A DNA stretch of 64,000 nt from Myxococcota bacterium (lineage in GTDB: Bacteria; Myxococcota_A; UBA9160; UBA6930): NCBI GenBank assembly GCA_965223415.1, contig OZ245002.1:5056001-5120000 (forward strand), written 5' to 3'. Of this stretch, positions 45,204 through 54,042 are shown one piece after another. A model generated the notes under the pieces. That model searched no databases. It saw nothing but the letters and a program-made list of their open reading frames with translations, and was not told the DNA's origin. Numbering within the stretch: position 1 is the stretch's first letter; every line of letters starts with the position of its first letter. The position numbers were made by a program, and so were the translations under genes.

Positions 45204-46244
45204 CTAGAGATCCCGCCGGGTCGAGACCCCACTGGTGGCCCCGCGGGCCTTCGAGGCCAGGAGCGCCGCGAGGAGCAGGAGCGCCACCCCGGGCTCGGGC
45301 AGGACGAGACGCAGGGCGAAGGCCGTTGCGGGTGCGTTCCCGCCGCCGTCGCTCACCAGCACCAGGCTGAGGTCGCCGCCCGAGAGCGTGGGCCCCAGGC
45401 CGACGCCCTCGACGTTGAGGCTTCCCGTGATCCGGCTCCACAGCAGCGTCTTGCCGACGCCCTGGAAGCTGGCTCCTGCCAGGCCCGCGAGCCCGCTCAC
45501 GTCGGTCGCACCCGTGAAGTCCGCGAGGAACAGACGCGCCTCGAAGCCCCCGGGCCCGATGCCCCGCTCCAGGACGAGGAGCTCGCCGGTGGGCAAGGCC
45601 ACGAGATCGACCACGCCGGCCACGAAGCCCCGCGGCTCGGTCTGGTAGGCCCACTGTCCCGTCGGGTTGCCGAGGCCGTCGAAGCGCTGGATCCGTACCC
45701 AGGTGCCGGTGGTGAAGTCCGCATCCGGGCCGTCGCCGAGGAGCGAGGCCTCGTTGGCGGTCCAGAAGGCGGAGCCGTCGGGAGCCAGGGTGAGGGACTC
45801 GAGGCCGAGGTTGGTGCGCACCTGGCCATAGACCGAAGGCAGCAGGATCGAGCCGGTCTGGGCGCCGGTGAGCGGATCATGCTCGCGGATCGCCGGACCG
45901 ACTTCGTCGGAGACCCAGACCCGTCCGCTGCCCGCGTGCCAGGCCACACCCTCCAGGTCGACCCCGTTCTGCAGCACCACCGGCGTCGCCGCCGTGGCAC
46001 TGGTGACGAAGCCGGTCGCCGGATCGATGGCGACGGTCAAGGGGTGAAGGGTGGCGCCGGAATCGGCGACGGCGAGGAACTGGCCGCCTCCGGTGTGGGC
46101 GATCCCCGAGAGCTCCGCGTTGCCCGCCCCGGTGACGGTGACCGGCGTCTGACCCGGATCGATCACGCTGAGGGCGTGCACCGCCGCAGGAGAGAGCAGG
46201 ACCCACAGGAGGAGAAAGGCCAGCGGGCTGCGGAGAGAAGGCAT
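45204..46244 (-). CDS. Exported phytase-like/SdiA-regulated beta-propeller protein with PEP-CTERM-like tail
   Basis: Signal peptide; ELSGIA, DLEGVA, NLGLESL, NVEGV; C-terminal LPEPGVALLLLAALLASKAR. Confidence 0.75.
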   Translation of the reverse strand: MPSLRSPLAFLLLWVLLSPAAVHALSVIDPGQTPVTVTGAGNAELSGIAHTGGGQFLAVADSGATLHPLTVAIDPATGFVTSATAATPVVLQNGVDLEGVAWHAGSGRVWVSDEVGPAIREHDPLTGAQTGSILLPSVYGQVRTNLGLESLTLAPDGSAFWTANEASLLGDGPDADFTTGTWVRIQRFDGLGNPTGQWAYQTEPRGFVAGVVDLVALPTGELLVLERGIGPGGFEARLFLADFTGATDVSGLAGLAGASFQGVGKTLLWSRITGSLNVEGVGLGPTLSGGDLSLVLVSDGGGNAPATAFALRLVLPEPGVALLLLAALLASKARGATSGVSTRRDL

Positions 46245-46271
46245 CCTACCTGGAGGTGGCCCTCGGCGCGG

Positions 46272-47144
46272 CTAGGTGGCAACCGAGACACGCTCGAGGT
46301 GGACCTCCAGGGCTTCCTGCCAGGCCTCGGGGCTCTCGTTCTGGGGCTGGTGGGCGGCCCCGGGCAGGGTCACGAGCACGGCGCCCGGGATCTCCGCCGC
46401 CAGGACCTCGCTCGGGCCGAGGAAGGGATCGTCCTCGGCGCCAACCATCACGAGGGTGGGACAGCCGATCTCGCCGAGGCGGGCCTCCAGGCAAGGCGCC
46501 TCCGCCATCGCCCGCCCGAGGGCGGCGTAGGCCTCCGGGTCCATCGCTTCGATGCGCTCGCTTCGCCAGCGCCAGAAGCGGTCGGCGCCCCACTCGGCCT
46601 CGACACGCCGGTCGGCATCGCTGCGGTCCCGGTCGTCGCGGGCGCGGGCGCGCAGGATCTGGGCGAGGCTCGCCATCCCGGCCTCGCGGCCCACCCGCGC
46701 GGCGGTCTCCAGCAGCTCGAGCTGGATCCACGAGAGCGGGCGGGCGGCGGTGTCCATCAGCACGAGAGAGGCCACCCGGTCCGGGTGAGCGAGCGCGATC
46801 CGCAGGGCCAGCATGCCGCCCATCGAGTGGCCCAGCAGGTCGCACGGCGCGGCGTCTACCGCGACGAGCCAATCGGCGAGCAGGCCGGCCAGGCGGTCGA
46901 GGCCGTACTCGGCCGGCGCCAGCCGCGCCGACACGCCATGGCCTGGGAGATCCGGCACGAGCACCCGCCGCTGCCGGGCGAGGGCGGGGATCCTGCCCTC
47001 GAAGTCTTTCCAATGGCCGGTGTAGCCGTGGACGAGGACGAGGGGCCGGCCGCGTGGACCGGAGTTTCGCCCCCCGACGTCCAGGTGGGTGATCTCGACT
47101 CCGTCGACCGCGGTCTGGCGGAAGGCGTCGGTCCCCGGCCGCAT
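46272..47144 (-). CDS. Alpha/beta hydrolase
   Basis: LVHGYTG, DLPGHG, GHSMGG, GAEDD, AAHQP. Confidence 0.9.
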   Translation of the reverse strand: MRPGTDAFRQTAVDGVEITHLDVGGRNSGPRGRPLVLVHGYTGHWKDFEGRIPALARQRRVLVPDLPGHGVSARLAPAEYGLDRLAGLLADWLVAVDAAPCDLLGHSMGGMLALRIALAHPDRVASLVLMDTAARPLSWIQLELLETAARVGREAGMASLAQILRARARDDRDRSDADRRVEAEWGADRFWRWRSERIEAMDPEAYAALGRAMAEAPCLEARLGEIGCPTLVMVGAEDDPFLGPSEVLAAEIPGAVLVTLPGAAHQPQNESPEAWQEALEVHLERVSVAT

Positions 47145-47148
47145 GGCG

Positions 47149-47733
47149 CTACCAGGCCGCGCTGTGCAGGCGGGGCTCGCCCGGGGCTTCGGCGAGCACG
47201 GCGGCCTCGTGAGCGGTCACCTCTTCGAGCCGTGCCGCCACCTCGCCGGGCGGGGCGAGCCGGCAGGCCAGATCGACGTACACACCATGGTGGCGTGCCT
47301 CGGCGTTTCGCAGGCCGCGGTAGAAGCGGCCGAGGGGCGTCTCGCCGAGGGCCTCGGCCAGGAGCCCCAAACGCTCGCAGCTGCGCGCCTCGATCACCGC
47401 CGAGCACAGGAGCGTGTCGAGCAGGCGGTCGGGCTCGGCGTCCCGCACGATCCGCCGCAAGCGCCCGGCGTAGGCACTGGGCCGCTGGCGCCGGTAGGTC
47501 AGGCCGTGCCGGCCGAGCCAGCCCAGCACCTCCTCGAAGTGCGCGAGCTCCTCCCGCGCCAGGGCCGCCAGCGGCTCCATCAGGAAGGGGTGCTCGGGAT
47601 ACTGGAAGATCAGCCGCAGGGCCACGCCCGCAGCCTTCTTCTCGCAATGGGCGTGGTCGAGGAGCACCCCGGGCAGATCCCGGAGCATCGCCTCGCCCCA
47701 GGCGGGATCGGTCACGGAGGCGAGCTTCAGCAT
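47149..47733 (-). CDS. miaE: tRNA ms2i6A37 hydroxylase
   Basis: LLDHAHCEKKAA, REELAHFE, IEARSCER, EARHH, PRLHS. Confidence 0.93.
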   Translation of the reverse strand: MLKLASVTDPAWGEAMLRDLPGVLLDHAHCEKKAAGVALRLIFQYPEHPFLMEPLAALAREELAHFEEVLGWLGRHGLTYRRQRPSAYAGRLRRIVRDAEPDRLLDTLLCSAVIEARSCERLGLLAEALGETPLGRFYRGLRNAEARHHGVYVDLACRLAPPGEVAARLEEVTAHEAAVLAEAPGEPRLHSAAW

Positions 47734-47741
47734 CCCGGCCC

Positions 47742-47835
47742 GATCGTCCTGGTGGCCGGCTTCGGCGTCCGGTCGAGGATCGTCATGGTGGCCGGCTTCG
47801 GCGTCCGGTCGAGGATCGTCATGGTGGCCGGCTTC
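47742..47835. repeat. 36-bp tandem repeat, about 2.6 copies
   Basis: GATCGTC(C/A)TGGTGGCCGGCTTCGGCGTCCGGTCGAG at 47742, 47778 and partially at 47814; no spacers. Confidence 0.95.
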
Positions 47836-47886
47836 TGCACGCGAGCGGAATATAATGGTGGTCCCGTCTCACGCGAAGGGAGCCCG

Positions 47887-49428
47887 ATGTACCCCGCCGT
47901 CCACGCCGAGAAGACCCCCGACAAGCCCGCCTTCATCATGGCCGGGAGCGGCCGGGTCGTGACCTACCGGGAGCTGAACGACCGCTCCAACCAGGGCGCC
48001 CAGCTCTTCCACGCCCTGGGGCTGCGCCGCGGCGACCACATCGCCTTCTGCATGGAGAACAACGAGGAGTTCTTCCCGCTGGCGTGGGCCGCCCAGCGCA
48101 GCGGGCTCTACTTCACGGCGATCAGCTCGCGGCTCACGGCGCCGGAGGTCGAGTACATCATCGACGACTGCCAGGCGAAGGTCTTCGTCACCTCCGAGGC
48201 GAAGGCCGAGATCGGCGCGGGGCTGGCGGGGGCGTGCCCGAACCTCGTCGGCCGGTACATGGTGGGAGCCCCGGTCTCCGGTTTCGACTCCTGGGAGGAG
48301 GCGCTCGCGGGCCAGCCCGCCACGGCCTTGGCCGAGGAGTGGGAGGGCGCCGCGATGCTCTACTCCTCGGGCACCACCGGCCGGCCCAAGGGAGTGAAGC
48401 ATCCGCTGCCCGACGCGCCGGCCGGGACGGCGCCGGCGTTGGCCGCCGGGGTGATGGCGCTGTACGGCGGCTCCGAAGGGGCGATCTACCTCTCGCCGGC
48501 CCCGCTCTATCACGCGGCGCCTCTCGGCTTCACCATGGCGTTCCTGCGCCTCGGCGCCACGGTGATCGTGATGGAGCAGTTCGACGCGCTCGAGTCGCTC
48601 CGGCTGATCGAGGAGCACCGCGCCACGCACAGTCAGTGGGTGCCGACGATGTTCGTGCGCATGCTGAAGCTCCCCGAAGAGGATCGCGCCCGCTACGACG
48701 TCTCCAGCCTGCAGTACGCGATCCACGCCGCTGCGCCCTGCCCCATCCCCGTGAAGGAGCAGATGATCGAGTGGTGGGGCCCGGTCATCCACGAGTACTA
48801 CGCCGGCACCGAGGGGAACGGCTTCTGCATCATCAACTCGGAGGATTGGCTCACACACAAGGGCTCCGTCGGCCGTCCCACCAACGCGGTGGTGCACATC
48901 CTCGACGAGGACTTCAAGGACCTCCCGCCCGGCGAGGAAGGCGGCATCTACTTCGAGAGCGACGTCGAGTTCGAGTACCACAACGCTCCGGAGAAGACGG
49001 CGGACTCGCGCAGCCCCCAGGGCTACACGACCCTCGGCGACGTCGGCTACGTCGACGAGGACGGCTGGCTCTACCTGACGGACCGCAAGGCCCACATGAT
49101 CATCTCTGGCGGCGTCAACATCTACCCGCAGGAGACCGAGAACGCGCTCATCACCCACCCGAAGGTCGCCGACGTCGCGGTGATCGGGGTACCGAACGAG
49201 GACTTCGGCGAAGAGGTGAAGGCCGTCGTCCAGCTCGTCGACATGGATGACGCCGAGCCGGCGCTAGCCCAGGAGCTGATGGAGTGGTGCCGCGAGCGCA
49301 TCTCCCACGTGAAGTGCCCGCGCTCGGTGGACTTCGAGGCCGAGCTGCCTCGCCACCCGACGGGCAAGCTCTACAAGCGGCTGCTCAAGGACCGCTACTG
49401 GGGCAAGAAGGACAGCCGGATCGTCTGA
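47887..49428 (+). CDS. Acyl-CoA synthetase (FadD4-like)
   Basis: MLYSSGTTGRPKG, YYAGTEG, TLGDVG, ISGGVNIYP, PTGKLYKR; TATAAT at 47851 and GGGAG RBS. Confidence 0.92.
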   Translation: MYPAVHAEKTPDKPAFIMAGSGRVVTYRELNDRSNQGAQLFHALGLRRGDHIAFCMENNEEFFPLAWAAQRSGLYFTAISSRLTAPEVEYIIDDCQAKVFVTSEAKAEIGAGLAGACPNLVGRYMVGAPVSGFDSWEEALAGQPATALAEEWEGAAMLYSSGTTGRPKGVKHPLPDAPAGTAPALAAGVMALYGGSEGAIYLSPAPLYHAAPLGFTMAFLRLGATVIVMEQFDALESLRLIEEHRATHSQWVPTMFVRMLKLPEEDRARYDVSSLQYAIHAAAPCPIPVKEQMIEWWGPVIHEYYAGTEGNGFCIINSEDWLTHKGSVGRPTNAVVHILDEDFKDLPPGEEGGIYFESDVEFEYHNAPEKTADSRSPQGYTTLGDVGYVDEDGWLYLTDRKAHMIISGGVNIYPQETENALITHPKVADVAVIGVPNEDFGEEVKAVVQLVDMDDAEPALAQELMEWCRERISHVKCPRSVDFEAELPRHPTGKLYKRLLKDRYWGKKDSRIV

Positions 49429-50627
49429 TGGCGCGCATCGGACGCTACGACAACCCCTACGAGGTGGCCGAGTGGCACCGCGCGCCACCGCCCGGAACGG
49501 GTTGCGAGCCGGTCAAGCTCGTCACCGACGACCGGGCGATCGCCCACGGCTGGCTCTACGCCCGCGGCGGCGAGGAGACCGTCGTCTGCCTGATGCACCC
49601 GCGGGCCAACTTCTCGCGACACTACGTCGTGCCGGGCCTGGTCGCAGCGGGCTTCGCGGTCTTCTGCGAGAACAGCCGCTGGCTGAACAATGACGCAACC
49701 CTCGTGCACGAGCGGGTGCTGCTCGACGTGGCGGCGGGCGTGCGCCACGTGCGCGAGCGCTTCGATCGCGTGATCCTGCTCGGCAACTCCGGCGGCGGCT
49801 CCCTCTTCACCTTCTACCTGAGCCAAGCCCTCGCGCCGGAGGGCGGTCGCCTCACCGAGACCGCCTTCGGCGAGCCCCTCGACCTGAACGCCCACGAAAT
49901 GCCCGCTGCCGACGCCATGGCCTATGTCGCCGCCCATCCCGGCGAGGGCCACTACCTGCTCCACGCGATCGACCCCTCGGTCGCCGAGGAAGGCGACCCG
50001 GTCTCCTGCGATCCGTCCCTCGATCTCTACGATCCGGCCAACGGCTTCGCGCCACCGCCGCGGGGGAGCCGCTACGACGAGGCCTTCCTCGCGCGCTACC
50101 GCGCCGGGCAGCAGGCGCGGATCGAGCGTCTCGACGCCATCGCCCGAGAGCGGCTGGCCCGCAAGCGGGCCGCCCAGGAGCGTGGCGATGCCCGGGCCGC
50201 CATGGCCACGGACTTCATGCTCGTCTACCGCACCGATGCGGACCCACGCTACATCGATCTCTCCCTGGATCCCTCGGAGCGGGACTACGGCTCGCTCTGG
50301 GGGCGCCGGCCGGACCTGATCAACTACGGGCCGGTGGGCTTCAGCCGGGTGGTCTCCCCGGAGGCGTGGCTCTCGACCTGGTCCGGAACGAGCTCCCAGG
50401 CGGAGATCGCCACCACCGGCGCGCGCATGACCCTGCCGGCCCTCGTGGTCGACTACCGCGGGGACAATGCGATCTTCCCCTCCGACACCGAGCTCATCGC
50501 GTCCTCCCTCGCCAGCCCCGAGGTCGTGCGCCGCAGCCTGCCCGGCGATCACTACGGCTTCCCGGCCGAGAAGGGGCGCGACGGCGCGGTGGAAGAGGTG
50601 GTCGCCTGGCTGCGAGGTCTGTCGTGA
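49428..50627 (+). CDS. Alpha/beta hydrolase fold protein
   Basis: GNSGGGS nucleophile elbow, GDNAIF, GDHYG; TGATG coupling to the upstream gene. Confidence 0.8.
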   Translation: MARIGRYDNPYEVAEWHRAPPPGTGCEPVKLVTDDRAIAHGWLYARGGEETVVCLMHPRANFSRHYVVPGLVAAGFAVFCENSRWLNNDATLVHERVLLDVAAGVRHVRERFDRVILLGNSGGGSLFTFYLSQALAPEGGRLTETAFGEPLDLNAHEMPAADAMAYVAAHPGEGHYLLHAIDPSVAEEGDPVSCDPSLDLYDPANGFAPPPRGSRYDEAFLARYRAGQQARIERLDAIARERLARKRAAQERGDARAAMATDFMLVYRTDADPRYIDLSLDPSERDYGSLWGRRPDLINYGPVGFSRVVSPEAWLSTWSGTSSQAEIATTGARMTLPALVVDYRGDNAIFPSDTELIASSLASPEVVRRSLPGDHYGFPAEKGRDGAVEEVVAWLRGLS

Positions 50628-51421
50628 GCGAGGCCCTCACCCTCGCCGCCAGCTACGAGCGCACCGTCGCCGCCTCCCTCGAGCGGGTGTGGGAGAACGT
50701 GCACGACTGGGAGCACCTGCCCTGGCTGCACGACACGGCGTTCTGTGGGATCGCCCTGGAGGAAGCCGGGCCCTGGGGCTGGCGAGCCCGAGTGAAGGCG
50801 CCGCCGCAGGAGGCGCCCCAGGAGCTCGTCATCGAGCTGCGTCGCGAGGACGACGCCGAGCGCTACCACGCCCGCACCCTCGAGGGAGCGGGGGCGGGAG
50901 CCGACACGATCACCACGCTCACGCCTCAGGGACCGCACGCCACCCACGTCCACGTCGAGTTCTGGGTGCCCGTCGCCGAGCCGGCCCAGGCCGAGGCCAT
51001 CGGCCGCGGCATGGTCGCCCTCTACACGCGCCTGTGGGACGAGGACGAGGCCATGATGGTGCACCGCCAGGCCGTGCTCGACGGACGCGCGCCCGGTGTG
51101 GCGCGCCCGGGCCCCCGCGCGTCGGTGGACCTGGGCCCCGTCTCCGAGCTCGATCTCCCGGCCGTCGTCGACGTCCACGGCGAGCCCTTCCGCGTGCTTG
51201 TGGTGGACGGCGCGCTCCGCGCCCACTCCACGGTGTGTCCCCACCTGGGCGGGCCCCTGGACGACGCGACGGTCGAGCGCGACCACCTCGTCTGCCCGTG
51301 GCACGGCTACCGTTTCTCGCTTGCGGACGGCGGGAGCCCTGAGCACCCGCGCTGCGTCCTACGCGTCCGGCCCCGGATCGAGGTGGACGGCCAGGACCGG
51401 GCCCGCCTCGTCTTCCCGTGA
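50624..51421 (+). CDS. SRPBCC catalytic-like domain + C-terminal Rieske [2Fe-2S] domain
   Basis: ENVHDWEHLPWLH...WDEDEAMM, then CPHLGG...CPWHG. Confidence 0.85.
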   Translation: MSEALTLAASYERTVAASLERVWENVHDWEHLPWLHDTAFCGIALEEAGPWGWRARVKAPPQEAPQELVIELRREDDAERYHARTLEGAGAGADTITTLTPQGPHATHVHVEFWVPVAEPAQAEAIGRGMVALYTRLWDEDEAMMVHRQAVLDGRAPGVARPGPRASVDLGPVSELDLPAVVDVHGEPFRVLVVDGALRAHSTVCPHLGGPLDDATVERDHLVCPWHGYRFSLADGGSPEHPRCVLRVRPRIEVDGQDRARLVFP

Positions 51422-51465
51422 GCAACGGATCGCGACCGTCCTCCGGCCTGGGCTAGCTTCGCGCG

Positions 51466-52368
51466 ATGGCAGAGAACGCTCCGGCGACCGCCTACCGCAC
51501 CTTCGTCAGCTACATCGACCGCACACGCGAGTTCTACGCGGCCCAGGGCTACGACCGGCCCTACCAGTGGGCCCATCACGACGAGGTGCCCTTCGCCCCC
51601 TTGCCGAAGCTTCTTGCGGAGTGCCGCGTCGCCCTGGTGACGACGGCGAACCCTGCCCTCGAGGCACCGCGGAAGAAGGGCTCCCTGCGCGGCGAGCAGC
51701 CGGTCTGGTCCGCGTCGGTCGAGCCCGCACCGGAGCGGCTCTCGACCCAGCATCTCTCGTGGGACAAGGAGACGACCCATACCGACGACGTGGAATCCTT
51801 CCTGCCCCTCGCCGCGCTCGCGGGCTTCGCGGCGGAAGGCCGGATCGGCGGCGTGGCCCCCCGCTTCCACGGCATCCCCACCGACTACAGCCAACGCAGC
51901 ACGGTCGAGAAGGACGCTCCGGAGCTGCTGCGCCGCTGCCACGAAGACGACGTCGACGTGGCGCTGCTCGTGCCCCTGTGACCGGTCTGCCACCAGACCG
52001 TGAGTCTGGCCGCACGTCACCTGGAGGCGAACGGCATCCCCACCGTCGTCATCGGCTCGGCCCGCGACATCGTGGAGGAGTGCGGCGTGGCGCGCTTCCT
52101 GTTCAGCGACTTCCCCCTCGGCAATCCCTGCGGCGTGCCCTGGGACCGGGACATGCAGCGCGCGATCGCGGGTCACGCCCTCGACCTGCTCGAGAGCACC
52201 ACCCTGCCCCGAACCACCGTGCAGACCCCGTTCCGCTGGAGCGGAGACGCCTCCTGGAAGGAACGCTACGCCCGGGTGGACCCGGAGCAGGCCCTCGCCC
52301 TGCGGCGGGCGGGCGAGGCCCGACGTACCGCCCAGGCGAAGGCCAAGGCGAAGGGCGGCTCCGCATGA
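51466..52368 (+). CDS. Selenoprotein, glycine/betaine/proline reductase B (GrdB/PrdB-like) family; Sec at TGA 51979-51981
   Basis: The 171-aa and 122-aa ORFs share a frame and join as VDVALLVPL-U-PVCHQTVSLAARHLEANGIPTV (UxxC); VALVTTA and FPLGNPCG family patterns. Confidence 0.88.
51988..52014 (+). promoter_or_regulatory. Candidate bacterial SECIS element
   Basis: TGC-CA-CCAGAC-[CGTGA]-GTCTGG-CC-GCA hairpin; G-containing loop begins 17 nt after the UGA. Confidence 0.6.
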
Positions 52369-52730
52369 CCCGGCCGCGGCGCTTCCAGGCGAAGCGCGGC
52401 CAGAAGCTTTCCCCGGGACAGAAGCAGGTCGGTCGCAACACGCGCTGGGGCAACCCGTTCCCGGTCGAGGGCATGATCGATCCCGCCAAGCCACCGCGAC
52501 TCGTCCAGCGCCATGCGGACCGATGGAGCGAGAGCGTCGATTCGTTGATGTGCGCGACGGACGAGGAAGCGGTGGAGCGCTACCGGAAGGCCCTCCTGGC
52601 CGGACGCCTCAACTACGACGCGGAGACCGTCCGAAGCGCGCTGGCGGGGTACGACCTCGGGTGTCCCTGTGGCCTCCCGGCCTGCCACGCGGACGTGCTG
52701 CTCGAGATCGCCAACGAGCGGACTCGCTGA
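52365..52730 (+). CDS. DUF4326 domain protein
   Basis: VGRNTRWGNPF...LAGYDLGCPC...CHADVLLEIAN. Confidence 0.85.
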   Translation: MTRPRRFQAKRGQKLSPGQKQVGRNTRWGNPFPVEGMIDPAKPPRLVQRHADRWSESVDSLMCATDEEAVERYRKALLAGRLNYDAETVRSALAGYDLGCPCGLPACHADVLLEIANERTR

Positions 52731-52761
52731 GGCCTTCCGGCGGCGCGCTATCGTCCGGCGC

Positions 52762-53607
52762 ATGAAGCACGGCCTCACCTTCTTCCCCACGGATACCTCG
52801 ATCGATCCCGCCGCGATGGCCCGCGCGGCGGAGGAGCGAGGCTTCGAGTCCGTGTGGTTCGCCGAGCACTCGCACATTCCGGTCTCACCCGCGACGCCCG
52901 GGCCGCCGGAGCCCGGCGCGCCGGGCCTGCCCCGGGAGTACTACGCGGTGGGGGATCCCTTCGTCGCTCTCGGCATGGCGGCTGCCGCTACGGAGCGGCT
53001 CAAGCTCGCGACGGGTATCTGTCTCGTGCCCCAGCGCGACGTGTTCCAGACCGCCAAGCAGGTGGCCAGCCTCGACCACTTCTCCGCCGGCCGCTTCCTG
53101 TTCGGGGTCGGCGCCGGCTGGAACCAGCCCGAGATCGAGAACCATGGAACCGCCTTCGACCAGCGCTTCGCCGTGATGCGCGAGCGCATCGCCGCGATGA
53201 AGGAGCTCTGGCGCGAGGAGAAGGCGGAGTACCACGGCACCCACGTCGACTTCGGGCCCTCCTACGCGTGGCCGAAGCCCGCCCAGCAGCCGCACCCGCC
53301 GATCCACATGGGCGGCGCGGGAGAGACGGCGATCCGGCGCGCCGTCGCCTACTGCGACGGCTGGGTCCCGCTGGCGGCCGGTGACCACGATCCGATCCTG
53401 CTGATGCCGACCCTCCGCGAGCGCCTCGCCGCCGCCGGGCGCGATGCCGGCGCCTTCGAGGTGAGCCTCTACTTCTGCCCGCCCGAGGCGGACTTCGTGC
53501 AGCGTGCGGCGGACGCGGGCATAGCGCGCGTGCTCTTCCCTCTGCCCCCGCTCCCCGCCGGCCCGGCCCTCGGCGTGCTGGACACCTACGCGAAGCTCCT
53601 CGGCTGA
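52762..53607 (+). CDS. LLM-class (F420-dependent-type) oxidoreductase
   Basis: AEERGFESVWFAEHSHIP, LATGICLVPQRD, GVGAGWN, PKPAQQPHPP. Confidence 0.9.
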   Translation: MKHGLTFFPTDTSIDPAAMARAAEERGFESVWFAEHSHIPVSPATPGPPEPGAPGLPREYYAVGDPFVALGMAAAATERLKLATGICLVPQRDVFQTAKQVASLDHFSAGRFLFGVGAGWNQPEIENHGTAFDQRFAVMRERIAAMKELWREEKAEYHGTHVDFGPSYAWPKPAQQPHPPIHMGGAGETAIRRAVAYCDGWVPLAAGDHDPILLMPTLRERLAAAGRDAGAFEVSLYFCPPEADFVQRAADAGIARVLFPLPPLPAGPALGVLDTYAKLLG

Positions 53608-53610
53608 GCC

Positions 53611-54042
53611 TTGCTCGACCGCGGTCTCACCCACATCGCGCTGCCGGTCAGCGACCTCGAGGCGAGCCTCGACTTCTACGCGCGCTTCGCCGCCATGAAG
53701 CCGGTCCACCGGCGCACCGACGAGACGACGGGCGGGCGGGTCGCCTGGATCAGCGACGGCACGCGGCCCTTCGTCGTCGTCCTGATCGAGACCGGCAAGG
53801 TCGAGCATCCCCTGGTGCCGATTGCCCACCTCGGTGTGGGCTGCGCCTCGCGGGAGGAGGTGGACCGGCTGGTCGGTGAGGCGCATGCCGAGCAGCGCCC
53901 GGTGTGGGGGCCCACCGATTCGGGCCACCCGGTCGGCTACTGGGCCTTGATCGGGGACCCGGATCACCACACCCTGGAGATCGCCCACGGCCAGGAGGTG
54001 GCCCTCACCGTCGAGGGCGCGTTCGCGGAGGAGAGCTCGTGA
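53611..54042 (+). CDS. VOC/glyoxalase family protein
   Basis: LTHIALPVSDLEASLDFY, AHLGV, DPDHHTLE. Confidence 0.88.
   Translation: MLDRGLTHIALPVSDLEASLDFYARFAAMKPVHRRTDETTGGRVAWISDGTRPFVVVLIETGKVEHPLVPIAHLGVGCASREEVDRLVGEAHAEQRPVWGPTDSGHPVGYWALIGDPDHHTLEIAHGQEVALTVEGAFAEESS

Noticed and set aside
47742..47835. CRISPR array (36-bp repeats)
   Set aside because: Units are head-to-tail with no unique spacers, and there are no cas genes in the window.
44541..47855. Long alternative ORFs such as 44541-47855(+), 30181-32904(+), 33011-35728(+), 6934-9393(+), 40129-42711(-) and 62383-63948(-)
   Set aside because: Antisense shadows of well-supported genes, expected in high-GC DNA; no family motifs.
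51466..52368. Pseudogene or two separate genes
   Set aside because: The stop is TGA, in frame, at the UxxC catalytic position and followed by a hairpin; selenocysteine is the simpler explanation.
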